Assembly (NCBI GenBank): GCA_031254575.1
Contig: JAIRUE010000069.1
Coordinates: 2,330 to 66,329 of the forward strand
Direction of reading: 5' to 3'
Source of the DNA: Oscillospiraceae bacterium
GTDB taxonomy: Bacteria > Bacillota > Clostridia > Oscillospirales > UBA929
Length of the DNA: 64,000 nucleotides
The position numbers and the translations under genes were made by a program. Positions 28,429 to 38,500 of this stretch are shown here, piece after piece; within the stretch, counting starts at the first letter, position 1, and the number at the start of each line of letters is the position of its first letter. The notes beneath the pieces are model-generated. The model was not told where the DNA came from. It saw only the letters and a list, made by a program, of their open reading frames with translations, and did not search any database.

Positions 28429-28808
28429 TTATCATCACCATCTCTTTCAGAAAGCCAATTCTGGAGTTCCCGTATATCTTCCGGTGAAAGGTTCTGCCCG
28501 TCATAAAATGTTTTTATCAGGCTTCCCATAGAATTTATATAATGCCGCGCCATAAAAGCCCCAGTTTCAATCCGCATATAATCCTCTCTTGATATGGTTG
28601 GGCTGTAATTTCGTGCTCTCCCTACCCGTTCGCTTGTTAAAAATCCTTTTTCAGTCAAACGTAACAGCATTGTTAATAATGTCTGCAATTTCAAGTTTCT
28701 GTCGGGTTTCATTCTTTCCATTATTTGTAAAGTTGTTATGGGCGGTGTATTGCCCCATATAATCTCCATGATTTCAAATTCCGAATCCGGCAGTCTTTTC
28801 ATCGCCAC
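28425..28808 (-). CDS. BlaI/MecI/CopY-family transcriptional repressor
   Basis: LPDSEFEIMEIIW..TTLQIMERM..LKLQTLLTMLLRLTEKGFL winged helix. Overlaps the blaR1-like start. Confidence 0.85.
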   Translation of the reverse strand: MAMKRLPDSEFEIMEIIWGNTPPITTLQIMERMKPDRNLKLQTLLTMLLRLTEKGFLTSERVGRARNYSPTISREDYMRIETGAFMARHYINSMGSLIKTFYDGQNLSPEDIRELQNWLSERDGDDK

Positions 28809-28846
28809 TTAAACATCACCTCTGCTGGCTAATCAGCGTTTATAAT

Positions 28847-28896
28847 ACTACTTTAGTCTTTTCTTGTATTGTACATAATCCTTTCCGCTTTGTCAA
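28847..28896 (-). promoter_or_regulatory. promoter TTGACA-N17-TACAAT of the blaI-like operon with the shared motif at the +1 region
   Basis: -35 at 28896-28891 and -10 at 28873-28868. The motif at 28847-28866 sits immediately downstream. A TGTACA core palindrome is at the -10. Confidence 0.55.
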
Positions 28897-29178
28897 GAAA
28901 AATGTTAAACGCCCGCTGATTAAATCAGTACCATTAAAGTCCTTAACGAATGAGTACAGACAAAGATATGGGCTGTGCAGGGGTTTTTGTTTTTTAGTCC
29001 CTTGATTAAAATTTACACCCTTGACAATGTTGCTCTGGCCACCACACTGGGGAGAAAACTCGTGATCGGGCAGGCGTTAGAAGATGGTTAGAAAGCCATT
29101 AAAAATGTATGCCATTCCCAATTTCCCAAGACAAAGCAAAACGCCCGCAATCCACTGATTGCAAGCGTTTCATCCGTC

Positions 29179-29263
29179 TGGTGGGGGAAGGTGGATTCGA
29201 ACCACCGAAGGCGGTGCCAACAGATTTACAGTCTGCCCCCTTTGGCCACTCGGGAATTCCCCC
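29179..29263 (-). tRNA. tRNA-Tyr (anticodon GTA), type II with long variable arm, CCA encoded
   Basis: GGGGGAATTCCCGAGTGGCCAAAGGGGGCAGACTGTAAATCTGTTGGCACCGCCTTCGGTGGTTCGAATCCACCTTCCCCCACCA folds as a cloverleaf. Own TTGACA-N17-TAGAGT promoter upstream and a hairpin terminator at 29136-29172. Confidence 0.95.
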
Positions 29264-29313
29264 ATTTGAAAGCCGTGACAGCGTTGCTACTCTACCACAG
29301 CCCCCTCTGTTTG

Positions 29314-31728
29314 TCAACCCTTAAAAATCAAATTTACCAGCTTATCCGGTACCACAAAGCTCTTGAACGGCGCGCGCCCGTCAGCGGCGGCGGCTATGCG
29401 CTCTGTCGCCAAGGCCGCAGCGACGGCCTCGTCGCCGCCGCACCCGCGCGGTACGACGACGGTGCCGCGCAGCTTGCCGTTGATCTGCACCGCCAATTCC
29501 ACCGTGTCCTCAACCGTCTTCGCCGGGTCATATTGCGGCCATCCCGCTTCACAGCACAGCCCCTTTTCGCCGTAAGCCGCCCACAGTTCCTCGCAGATGT
29601 GCGGCGCGAACGGGCTCAGCAGCCGCAGCAGGACGCGCATGTCGCCCCTCGTACAGCCCTTCTCATAAGCCGACAGCAGCGACATCATCGCGGCGATGGC
29701 CGTGTTGAATTTCAGCTCCTCTATATCTTCCGTCACCTTTTGAATGGTCTGGTGCAACTTGATCTCAACCCCGGGCGTGAGCGAACCGCCGCGCTCCGCC
29801 GCCTCATGCGCCGTCACCCACACACGTTCCAAAAAGCGGCGGCAGCCTTTGATGGCTTTATCCGACCACTGGCAGCCCTTTTCAAAATCCCCAATGAATA
29901 AAATCGTCAGGCGCAGCGTGTCCGCGCCGTAATCGCGCACCACCTCGTCGGGGTCCATGCCGTTATTCTTCGTTTTGGAGATTTTTGTGCCGTCAGAACC
30001 CAATATAAACCCGTGGCTTGTGCGTTTTTTATACGGCTCCGGCTGTTCCACGACCCCGATGTCGTACAGAAATTTGTGCCAAAACCGGGAATACAGCAGA
30101 TGCAGCGTCGTGTGTTCCATGCCGCCGTTATACCAGTCAACCGGCATCCACCGGCGCAGCGCTTCTTTAGACGCCAGCGTGTCCGGATTGTCCGGGTCGG
30201 TGTAGCGCAGGAAGTACCACGACGACCCGGCCCATTGGGGCATGGTGTCCGTTTCGCGTTTGGCGGGAGCGCCGCACTTGGGGCAGGTTGTATTGACCCA
30301 CTCCGTAATCGCCGCCAGCGGCGACTCGCCGGTGTCGGTGGGTCTGTAATTCCGCACGTCCGGCAGGCGCAGCGGCAGCTCTTCCTCCGGCAGCGGGACC
30401 ATGCCGCATGCGGGACAGTGTACAATGGGGATCGGCTCGCCCCAGTAACGCTGGCGGGCAAAGACCCAGTCGCGCAGCTTAAACCGTACCACAGGCTCGC
30501 CGAGACTTTTGTCCCGCAGCCAGCCTGTGATTTTTTTCTTCGCGTCGTCCACTTCCAGCCCGTCGAGAAACCCGGAATTGACCATGATCCCCGTCTCAGT
30601 GCCTGTAAAGGCCTCTTTTGTCACGTCGCCGCCCTTAACAACCTCAACGATCGGCAGCCCGAACGTCCGGGCGAATTCCCAGTCACGGGCGTCATGCCCC
30701 GGCACCGCCATAATGGCGCCGGTACCGTAGCTCATCAGCACATAGTCCGACGCGAAAACGGGGATTTCCCCGCCGGTGGCGGGATTGACGGCATTGATAC
30801 CGTCCAGCCGCACGCCGGTCTTTTCCTTTATCAGCTCCGTACGCTCAAAATCGCTCTTACGCGCGGCCGCTTTGCGGTAGGCGTCCGCTTCGGCAAAATT
30901 CCGTATCATCCCTTTATACCTGTCAATCAGCGGGTGTTCGGGCGAAATGACCATATAGGTCGCCCCGAAGAGCGTATCGGGCCGCGTCGTATAGACGCGC
31001 AATGTCTCCTCCGTCCCCGCGAGCGGGAACAGGATCTCCGCGCCCTCGCTGCGCCCGATCCAGTTTTTCTGCTGCGCCGCGACCCGCGCGGGAAAATCGC
31101 AAAGGGCAAGGTCGTCCAGCAGCCGCTGGGCGTATTCGGTGATCTTCAGCATCCACTGGCTTTTATCGCGCCGTTCGGCGGGAGATTCGCAGCGCTCGCA
31201 CAGCCCGCCGATGACCTCCTCATTGGCTAAAACACACTTGCAGGACGGACACCAGTTGACCGGCATATTCGCCTTATACGCAAGCCCTTTCTCAAACATT
31301 TTGAGAAAAATCCACTGCGTCCACTTATAATACGCCGGGTCGGTCGTGTTGACCTCGCGCGTATCGTCAAACGAATATCCCAGCCGCCGTATCTGCTTCC
31401 GGAAATGCTCCACGTTTTGGCGCACCACCTCGGCGGGGTGGATGTTGTTCTTAATGGCGTAGTTCTCGGCGGGCAGGCCGAAAGCGTCCCATCCGATCGG
31501 GAACAGCACGTTATACCCCTGCATCCGCCTCGCGCGCGCTAAAACGTCCATCCCCGTATAAGGACGCGGATGTCCGATGTGCAGCCCTACGCCGGACGGG
31601 TAAGGGAACTCTATAAGGACGTACTGATTGTTCCCCTCATCCCGGTCGGCGGCCCGGAAACACCCTCTGTCCAGCCAGGTTTTCTGCCATTTTGGTTCAA
31701 TCTTTTTAGGCTCGTACCGTTCCATCAA
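29314..31728 (-). CDS. leuS: leucine--tRNA ligase
   Basis: 804 aa, HIGH motif (GLHIGHPRPY), KMSKS-like (KISKTK), typical LeuS sequence throughout. Confidence 0.97.
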   Translation of the reverse strand: MMERYEPKKIEPKWQKTWLDRGCFRAADRDEGNNQYVLIEFPYPSGVGLHIGHPRPYTGMDVLARARRMQGYNVLFPIGWDAFGLPAENYAIKNNIHPAEVVRQNVEHFRKQIRRLGYSFDDTREVNTTDPAYYKWTQWIFLKMFEKGLAYKANMPVNWCPSCKCVLANEEVIGGLCERCESPAERRDKSQWMLKITEYAQRLLDDLALCDFPARVAAQQKNWIGRSEGAEILFPLAGTEETLRVYTTRPDTLFGATYMVISPEHPLIDRYKGMIRNFAEADAYRKAAARKSDFERTELIKEKTGVRLDGINAVNPATGGEIPVFASDYVLMSYGTGAIMAVPGHDARDWEFARTFGLPIVEVVKGGDVTKEAFTGTETGIMVNSGFLDGLEVDDAKKKITGWLRDKSLGEPVVRFKLRDWVFARQRYWGEPIPIVHCPACGMVPLPEEELPLRLPDVRNYRPTDTGESPLAAITEWVNTTCPKCGAPAKRETDTMPQWAGSSWYFLRYTDPDNPDTLASKEALRRWMPVDWYNGGMEHTTLHLLYSRFWHKFLYDIGVVEQPEPYKKRTSHGFILGSDGTKISKTKNNGMDPDEVVRDYGADTLRLTILFIGDFEKGCQWSDKAIKGCRRFLERVWVTAHEAAERGGSLTPGVEIKLHQTIQKVTEDIEELKFNTAIAAMMSLLSAYEKGCTRGDMRVLLRLLSPFAPHICEELWAAYGEKGLCCEAGWPQYDPAKTVEDTVELAVQINGKLRGTVVVPRGCGGDEAVAAALATERIAAAADGRAPFKSFVVPDKLVNLIFKG

Positions 31729-32072
31729 AGCTCATCCTCATTATATTGTCTGGCGTCCGCCCACAGCCGCTCGATCGAGTAAAATTCCCGCGCGTCCCGT
31801 AACAGTATATGGACGACCACCGCGCCGTAATCCAGCAGCAGCCAATTGCCGCCGCCGCGCCCCTCGATGTGTCCGGGCGCGACGCCCCGCTCTTTAAGAA
31901 TAACCTCCACCTCGTCGGCGAGGGTTTTGAGGTGGGTGGACGACGTGCCGGTGGCAATGATAAAGTAATCGGCCAGCACCGTGAGGTCGGTGACCTCCAG
32001 AATCCGGATGTCCGCCGCCTTCTTGGCCGACAGGCTCCGCGCGGCGTTTCTGGCCAGTTCTCTGGGTTCCAT
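31725..32072 (-). CDS. rsfS: ribosome silencing factor RsfS
   Basis: ..KKAADIRILEVTDLTVLADYFIIATGTSSTHLKTLADEV..GNWLLLDYGAVVVHI... Start taken at MEPREL. Confidence 0.85.
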   Translation of the reverse strand: MEPRELARNAARSLSAKKAADIRILEVTDLTVLADYFIIATGTSSTHLKTLADEVEVILKERGVAPGHIEGRGGGNWLLLDYGAVVVHILLRDAREFYSIERLWADARQYNEDEL

Positions 32073-32113
32073 ACGCTCATCCTTCCTCAGGGACCCCTCA
32101 AATGGAGCCTTAT

Positions 32114-33283
32114 TCATTTCTCCGTCAATGCTATATATTCCACAATCTCCGCCCCTATGGGAGTGCTGAAGGGGTTTATTGTTTCGTTAATGAGCGCCAG
32201 CGCCTCCTCGGCCCGTACGGCTTCATAATATGTTCCGCTGATCTCATTGGCGTTGTGAACCGTATAGGTGGGCAGGGAGTGGAAAACAACATTGTCCATG
32301 CCGATATTCTTGATCTGCTCCGCAAACCACAGCAGGTTGCCCCAGTCGATGTCGCTCTTCAGATTGTCCTGCGCGATTTTGATATATTCGGGGAATTTGG
32401 TCCAGTTGGCAAGGGCTTTCTTGGCAGCCACCTTGAGGACTTCCTGCTGCATTGCCATCCGCCCGTAGTCGTCATACCCCGCGCCGTATTTCCCGTCGAT
32501 GTAATTCACGCGGAACCGCACCAGCTGCAGGGCCTGGTCCGCGTTGAGGTGCTGCTGGCCCTTCTGGAGATTGATGCCCTCCCCGTCCACGCGCATGTTC
32601 ATCGGCACATTGAAATCGATGCCGTCAATGGCGGTGATGAGCCGCTTAAACCCGTTGTAATCCACCACCGCGGCATACTGCGGCTGGAAGCCGATCAAAG
32701 TGGCTATTTCCTTTTTCATCTGGGCGATCCCGGGTTCGTCCACGTTCTTTTGCTGGGAATACGCGCTGTTTATCTTCTTGATCGTGCGGGGCGCGCTTTC
32801 GACAGCCGTATCGCGCGGTATGGAGAGCACATGGCACGTCCCCTGTTTGGTATCCAGCGTCGCGACCATCAGCGTGTCGGTCAGTCCCTGGTTTGCGCCC
32901 GCGAGAATGAACGTATAAACGCCATCCCGTTTGACGTAGCCCTGCGGGGAAACTTCAGCGCCGCCGGAGGGCTGGGCGGGCGACGCGCCGGACGGCAGGA
33001 TTTCGCCGGACGGCGAGGGCCGGTTGGGTACAATGGGGACTTCGGGGGGTCTGCTGATCCAGAGCCGGATGGCAAGGGCTGTTCCCCCAATAAATATCAG
33101 CAGCAGAGCCGCAATAATCAACGAGATGCGCGCGGACAGGCGCCGCCGGCCCCACCATGCCGCGAAGCCCTTGCGGCGGACGGCGCCGGCCCGCGCGGGC
33201 GCGTTTTTTTTGGCCTGCCTTTTCGCCACCCGCCTGCCCGAATAAGGGCGCTTAATGATCGCCATTTTCCCACGTTCTTTCAA
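32114..33283 (-). CDS. LCP (LytR-CpsA-Psr) family protein
   Basis: N-terminal basic tail plus TM helix, LCP core YTFILAGANQGLTDTLMVATLD..LSIPRDT. Start ambiguous (TTG 33283 or ATG 33265). Confidence 0.85.
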   Translation of the reverse strand: MKERGKMAIIKRPYSGRRVAKRQAKKNAPARAGAVRRKGFAAWWGRRRLSARISLIIAALLLIFIGGTALAIRLWISRPPEVPIVPNRPSPSGEILPSGASPAQPSGGAEVSPQGYVKRDGVYTFILAGANQGLTDTLMVATLDTKQGTCHVLSIPRDTAVESAPRTIKKINSAYSQQKNVDEPGIAQMKKEIATLIGFQPQYAAVVDYNGFKRLITAIDGIDFNVPMNMRVDGEGINLQKGQQHLNADQALQLVRFRVNYIDGKYGAGYDDYGRMAMQQEVLKVAAKKALANWTKFPEYIKIAQDNLKSDIDWGNLLWFAEQIKNIGMDNVVFHSLPTYTVHNANEISGTYYEAVRAEEALALINETINPFSTPIGAEIVEYIALTEK

Positions 33284-33444
33284 TATCTAGTAACGCTTCC
33301 TCCGTAAATCCGTCCTCTTTCCTTCCGGTCAGCGTATGACAGGCGTTGGGCGCCGTTTCTTCCCACTCAGAAAACAGTATACCATAACGGCGCAATAATT
33401 GCAACCGGGCCGGCGTCTCTTTTGTCATATCGCGCAACAGCGCC

Positions 33445-33969
33445 TCACGGCCTGGGACAGCCATACAGTCCCTCCTTTTGAATGTAGTCATAGACTTCAG
33501 CCGGCAGCATATCCCCCCCCAGGCCCCGCGCCAGCAGGCCGCGTATCTCCGTACTGGAAACGGGCAGGGCGGTCCTCGGGCATACATACGTTTTACAGAG
33601 AGCCCGCAGCTCATCCGCCCGAACCCACATGTCAAAGGTGTCCCCCATATCAGAGCCCATCAGCAGCCACAGCGTCTCCGGCTTTTCCCGCTCCAACAGC
33701 GTCTTGACCGTGTCATACGTATATTGCGCGCCGCCGTACAGCTCAAAAGAGCTCACTTCCGTATCCCGCAGCCTCCCCGCCGCCAGTTTGCTCATCGCCA
33801 GACGGTGCGCGGCGGAAGGGGTGTTGTCCGGCAGCTCCCTGTGGGGGGGAGAGCCGGACGGCATCCAGATCAGCCTGTCAAGGCGCAGCTCGTCCAGCGC
33901 CTTCCGCGCCAGCGCGACATGCCCGTTGTGCGGCGGGTTGAAACTGCCGCCGTATAACCCTAAAATCAT
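33445..33969 (-). CDS. nadD: nicotinate-nucleotide adenylyltransferase
   Basis: MILGLYGGSFNPPHNGHV..SSTEIR. GGAGGG RBS before ATG 33969. Confidence 0.9.
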   Translation of the reverse strand: MILGLYGGSFNPPHNGHVALARKALDELRLDRLIWMPSGSPPHRELPDNTPSAAHRLAMSKLAAGRLRDTEVSSFELYGGAQYTYDTVKTLLEREKPETLWLLMGSDMGDTFDMWVRADELRALCKTYVCPRTALPVSSTEIRGLLARGLGGDMLPAEVYDYIQKEGLYGCPRP

Positions 33970-34010
33970 TTTTCCCTCCGGCTGTGTAAGAAACCCTTTG
34001 AACGGGTTTC

Positions 34011-34601
34011 TTACGTCCCTTTCAAACTCTTTAATAACGCCCGGATCGCCGCGCCCCTGTGTGACACCGCATCCTTTTCCTCCGGCGTCAATTGCGCCAT
34101 CGTACGCTTTTTCTCCGGCAGAAAAAAAATAGGGTCGTAGCCAAACCCGTTTGTCCCCCCCGGTTCCTCCGCGATTTCCCCCTCGCAAAACCCCTCGGCA
34201 GTTATTTCGCGTCCGTCCGGATACCCGTCACCCGCCGGATACGCCAGCGCGAGGGCGCAGACAAACCGCGCCTTGCGGTCGTCCCTGCCCTCCATCGACC
34301 GCAAAAGGGTTTCCGTCCGTTTCCCACTGGGAGCAAACCGCGCCGACAGGACCCCCGGCGCGCCGCCCAGCGCGTCCACACACAATCCCGAATCGTCGGC
34401 GAGAGCGGGCAAGCCCGTCGCTTCCATCGCCGCCCGCGCTTTGATGCGGGCGTTTTCCAAAAAGGTCGCGCCCGTTTCCTCCGGTCCTTCCGTTACCCCG
34501 TAATCAGCCAGTGTCTTGACGGTAAACCCCGCGGGTCCCAAAAGACGCGCGAACTCGCGCGCCTTGCCGGGGTTATGGGTGGCCAGGACTATCGTCTGCA
34601 T
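34011..34601 (-). CDS. rdgB: RdgB/HAM1 non-canonical purine NTP pyrophosphatase
   Basis: IVLATHNPGKAREF..ADDSGLCVDALGGAPGV..GFGYDPIF. Confidence 0.9.
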   Translation of the reverse strand: MQTIVLATHNPGKAREFARLLGPAGFTVKTLADYGVTEGPEETGATFLENARIKARAAMEATGLPALADDSGLCVDALGGAPGVLSARFAPSGKRTETLLRSMEGRDDRKARFVCALALAYPAGDGYPDGREITAEGFCEGEIAEEPGGTNGFGYDPIFFLPEKKRTMAQLTPEEKDAVSHRGAAIRALLKSLKGT

Positions 34602-34649
34602 GAGATCCCTCCAGCGGCGCGTCCGGATACGCGGCAACGGGCGGCGCCC

Positions 34650-35525
34650 TCACACGATCGCCTCGATAAACGCGGCCGGGTCAAACGGGGCAAAATCCCC
34701 GATCTGCTCGCCCACGCCCGCCCATTTGACCGGCACGCCCGTCTCGCGGGCCACGGCCAGCACGACGCCGCCTTTGGCGGTGCCGTCCAGTTTTGTCAGG
34801 ATGATGCCGGTCAGCCCGGCGGCCCCGGCAAACCCCCTGACCTGCGAGAGCCCGTTCTGCCCTGTCGTCGCGTCCAGCGCCAGCAATGTCTCGCGGGAAC
34901 AGCCCGGCAGTTCGCGGTCGAGGACGCGGCTTATCTTATTCAGCTCGTTCATCAGGTTTTGTTTATTCTGCAGCCGCCCCGCCGTGTCGCAAATAACGAC
35001 GTCGGTCCCGCGCGCGCGCGCCGCGTTTACCGCGTCGAACAGCACGCTGGCAGGGTCGGCCCCTTCCTGCTGGCGCACAATGTCCGCGCCCGCCCGTCCG
35101 GCCCAGATCTCCAGCTGGTCGGCGGCGGCGGCGCGGAACGTGTCGCCCGCGCAGAGCAATACCTTTTTGCCCTCCCCCGCAAGCCGCGCGGCCAGCTTAC
35201 CGACGGAAGTCGTCTTGCCCGCGCCGTTGACGCCCGTGACCAGCACGACCGACGGGCGGGACGAGAGATCCATCTCCCGGCTTCCCGCGCTTTCCAGCAA
35301 TTCGGTGAGCTGTCCCCGCAGGACGGCGCGCGCGTCCTGCCGCAGCCTGACGCCCTCTTTTTTGCAGCGCGCCCGCAAACCGTCAACGATTTCCGCGGCC
35401 AAAACCGCGCCCGCGTCGGAGAGGATCAGCCCCTCCTCCAGCTCGTCGTAAAACCCGTCGGAGACTTTTTCCCCCTCTACGAACAGCCCGCCCAGCTTGC
35501 CTTTTAATTTGTCGAAAAGCCCCAT
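34650..35525 (-). CDS. ftsY: signal recognition particle receptor FtsY (NG domain only)
   Basis: VTGVNGAGKTTSVGKLA..DTAGR..TKLDGTAKGG. Confidence 0.93.
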   Translation of the reverse strand: MGLFDKLKGKLGGLFVEGEKVSDGFYDELEEGLILSDAGAVLAAEIVDGLRARCKKEGVRLRQDARAVLRGQLTELLESAGSREMDLSSRPSVVLVTGVNGAGKTTSVGKLAARLAGEGKKVLLCAGDTFRAAAADQLEIWAGRAGADIVRQQEGADPASVLFDAVNAARARGTDVVICDTAGRLQNKQNLMNELNKISRVLDRELPGCSRETLLALDATTGQNGLSQVRGFAGAAGLTGIILTKLDGTAKGGVVLAVARETGVPVKWAGVGEQIGDFAPFDPAAFIEAIV

Positions 35526-35537
35526 ATGACGCTCCTT

Positions 35538-38500
35538 TTAATCCGTATAGCCGTCTTCCACCTCGTCCAGCCGCAGGCTGATGACCTTGCTCACTCCCGG
35601 TTCCTGCGCCGTCACGCCGTACAGCATCCCCGCCTGCTCCATCGTACCGCGGCGGTGGGTGACGACTATGTACTGGGTATTTTGAGACAGGCGTTTGAGG
35701 TAGGCCGCAAACCGCCCCACATTCACATCGTCCAGATCGTGATCGATCTCGTCCAGCACGCAGAACGGCGCGGGGCGCACCTTAAAAATGGCGAAATAGA
35801 GCGCGATGGCCGACAGCGACTGCTCGCCGCCCGACAGCAGCGATATGGAGCGCAGCTTTTTACCCGGCGGCCGCGCCTTTATCTCAACCCCGCTCTCCAG
35901 AATGTCCGCGTCGCCGTCCAGTTCCAGCGCGGCCTCGCCGCCGCCGAATATCTCCACAAATGTCTCCGAGAATTTTTGCGCGATCGCCGCGAACTGTCCG
36001 GCGAAAAGCCCTCGCATTTCCCCGGTAATGCGCCCGATGATCGCATCCAGCTCGTCCTTGGACTTTTGCGCGTCCTCACGCTGCCCCGTCAGGTAGCGGT
36101 AGCGCTCCCCGACGCTCTCGTAGGCTTCGATCGCGCCCAGATTGACGCTGCCGAGCGCGTTGATTTCCCGCTTCAGCTCCGCGCTCTTTTTCTGCGCGCG
36201 CGCGACGCTCTCGATCGGGGTGCGCAGTTCCTGCGCCTTGGTCACGGTCAGCTCATACTGCTCCCACAGGCGGCTCACCAGCGCGTCCTCTTCTTTTTGG
36301 GTGGTCAGCAGAGAGTTTTCCAGTTTATCGACCGCGCGGGACAGCGCCATATTCTGCTCCGCGCCGTCCTTGACCATACGCCCGGCCCGCACCCGGCCGG
36401 CTTCCAGAGAACGCTGCTTATCCACGATCGCGTCCATCTCCGCGCGGCTTTGCGAAATATCCCGCGTCAGGCCGTCAATTTCCCGGCGATGTTCTTCACA
36501 GAGGACCTGCAGTTCCCCGATGCGTTTCTGGTAGCCCTCCAGCGCGGCGGCGCGGCTTTCGCCGTCCATCGACAGGTCGCGCCCGCGCTCCTCCAGTTCC
36601 TCCAGCGCCTTGACGACGCCCTCGCGCCCGGCAGTCAGCGACGCCACGCGTTCCCGCAGGGCCGACTGGCGCTCCCCCAATCCGGCGCGGGATTCGTCCA
36701 GCGCGCCGTGCCCCTCGGACAGCGCGGCAATTTCATCCTCCAACCGCGCGATACCGGCCTCGTGCCCCCCGATCGCGGCGGTTTCGTTCCGGCACTCGGC
36801 GCCGATCTGCGCGAGGCTCCTGTCCAGCTCCGCCAGCTCGCTCCCGCAAAGCTCCCCGGCGTCCTCCAGATTTTTCAGCAGCGCGGCGCGGTGGCTCTCC
36901 TCCGCGGACAGGGCGGAAAGCTCCTCCTGCGCCTGCCTCCGCTCTCCCCCCGCCACGTCAAGGTCATATTGCGCCGCCTTACAGGCGCGTTCGGCTTCCT
37001 CAAAGAGCTTTCCCGCCCCCGCGGCCTGCCCCGCCAGCGCGGAAAGCTCCGTTTCCAGCCGCGCCAGTTCGTTCTTGCGGCTCAACACGCCGACCTTCCT
37101 GCCGACGCTGCCTCCGGTGATGGCGCCGCCCGCGTTGATGACCTGCCCGTCCAGCGTGACGACGCGTACACGCTGTTCCATTCTGCGCGACAGCGCGATC
37201 GCGCCGTCCAATGTCCGGCAGACGACGGTGCGTCCCAACAGGTTGCGGATGACGCCGCGGTATCGTTCCTCACAGTCTACCAGGCGGGAAGCCAATCCCA
37301 CGACTTCGTCCCCCATTTCGGGAACGTCGTCCCATTCGCGCCCGTCAACGGTCGTAAGCGGCAGGAACGTGGCGCGGCCGCCCCGGCGCTCTTTGAGCAG
37401 CCCGATCGCGGCCTTGGCGTCCTTTTCGGCGGAAACGACGATATTCTGCAATGCGGCGCCCAGAGCGATTTCAATGGCGATCGTGTTTTCATCCGCGGTG
37501 CGGATGAGGCCGCTCAGCACGCCGTGCAACCCCGGCAGGCCGCTGTTCATCACCAGCGCGACGGCCTGATTGCCCTCGTATTCCTTCTCCAGATCGCTCA
37601 GCAGCGCAAGGCGCGACTCTTTTTCATGCAGGCCCCGCCGTATGTCTTCGGCGCCGTCCCGCGCCTCCGCCAGCTTTTGCGCCCGCTGTTCCGCGCGCAG
37701 GGTGTAGCCCTTGAGGACGTTGTCCAGCCCGTCTACAGTTTCCCGCGCCTCCGCCAGCTTCTCCCGCGTGCGGGCAAGGCCGTTCCGCGCCTCCGTCAGC
37801 GCCTCGCCGCCCCTGTCCCGCTCAGCCAGCAGCGCCTGACGGCGGGCGGCCTGCTCGCCGCGGCGCGCCTCCAGCGCCGTCAGACGAAGCCTGCTCTCTC
37901 CCAGCGCCGCCTGTTCCAGCGCCGCCTGCGTACGGAGCGCGTCAGCCCGCGCCGACAGGTCGCCGGTCTGTTCGGCGAGGTTTTTCGCCTCCAGCGCCAG
38001 TTCCGAAAGCGCCAGTTCCTCGGCTCTGAGGGCTTCCTCTATCCGGTCCCGTTCGGCGGACCGGTCTTCCCGCTGTTTATGCAGCGCCTCGGCGCGCTCG
38101 TCGTGCCGCTCGGCGGCGAGGCTCAGTTCCTCCCGCAGACGCTCCATATGCCCGATGTCGTTTTGGCACACCTTTAAGCCGCTCTCGGCATCCGCGCGCC
38201 GGCTTTCCAGTTCCGCCAGCTTTTCGCGGGCGGTTTCGGCGGCCTGCGCCAGATCCAAAGACTCCCGCTCCATCCGCTCCGTATCGGCGTACAGCGCGTC
38301 AAGCTCCGCCTTGCTCCGCTCGAACCGCTCTTTTGCCTCGCGGTACTGGTCGTTTTGCCTGTCCCTGCCGGAACGGATCGTCTCGATCTGCCTCAGCCAG
38401 AGGTTGATGTCGATGCCGCGCAGTTCGTCGCGCAGCAGCAAAAACCGCCTCGCGGTCCCGGCCTGTTCCCGCAGGAGCGCGACCTGCGGCTCAAGCTCGT

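Noticed and set aside
30013-31230. 405-aa + strand ORF, and similar ones at 32102-33307, 34092-35507 and 39693-40847
   Set aside because: All are antisense to well-supported genes (leuS, the LCP gene, ftsY/rdgB, araB) and have the Arg/Gly/Pro-rich shadow composition.
33252-33464. 70-codon ORF between nadD and the LCP gene
   Set aside because: It overlaps both neighbours (20 nt and about 14-32 nt), has no clear RBS and no recognisable motif. It may be real, but I cannot support it.
35526-38177. 883-aa + strand ORF
   Set aside because: It is antisense to smc. It has a repetitive Arg/Leu/Gln composition mirroring the coiled-coil codons, and no start context.
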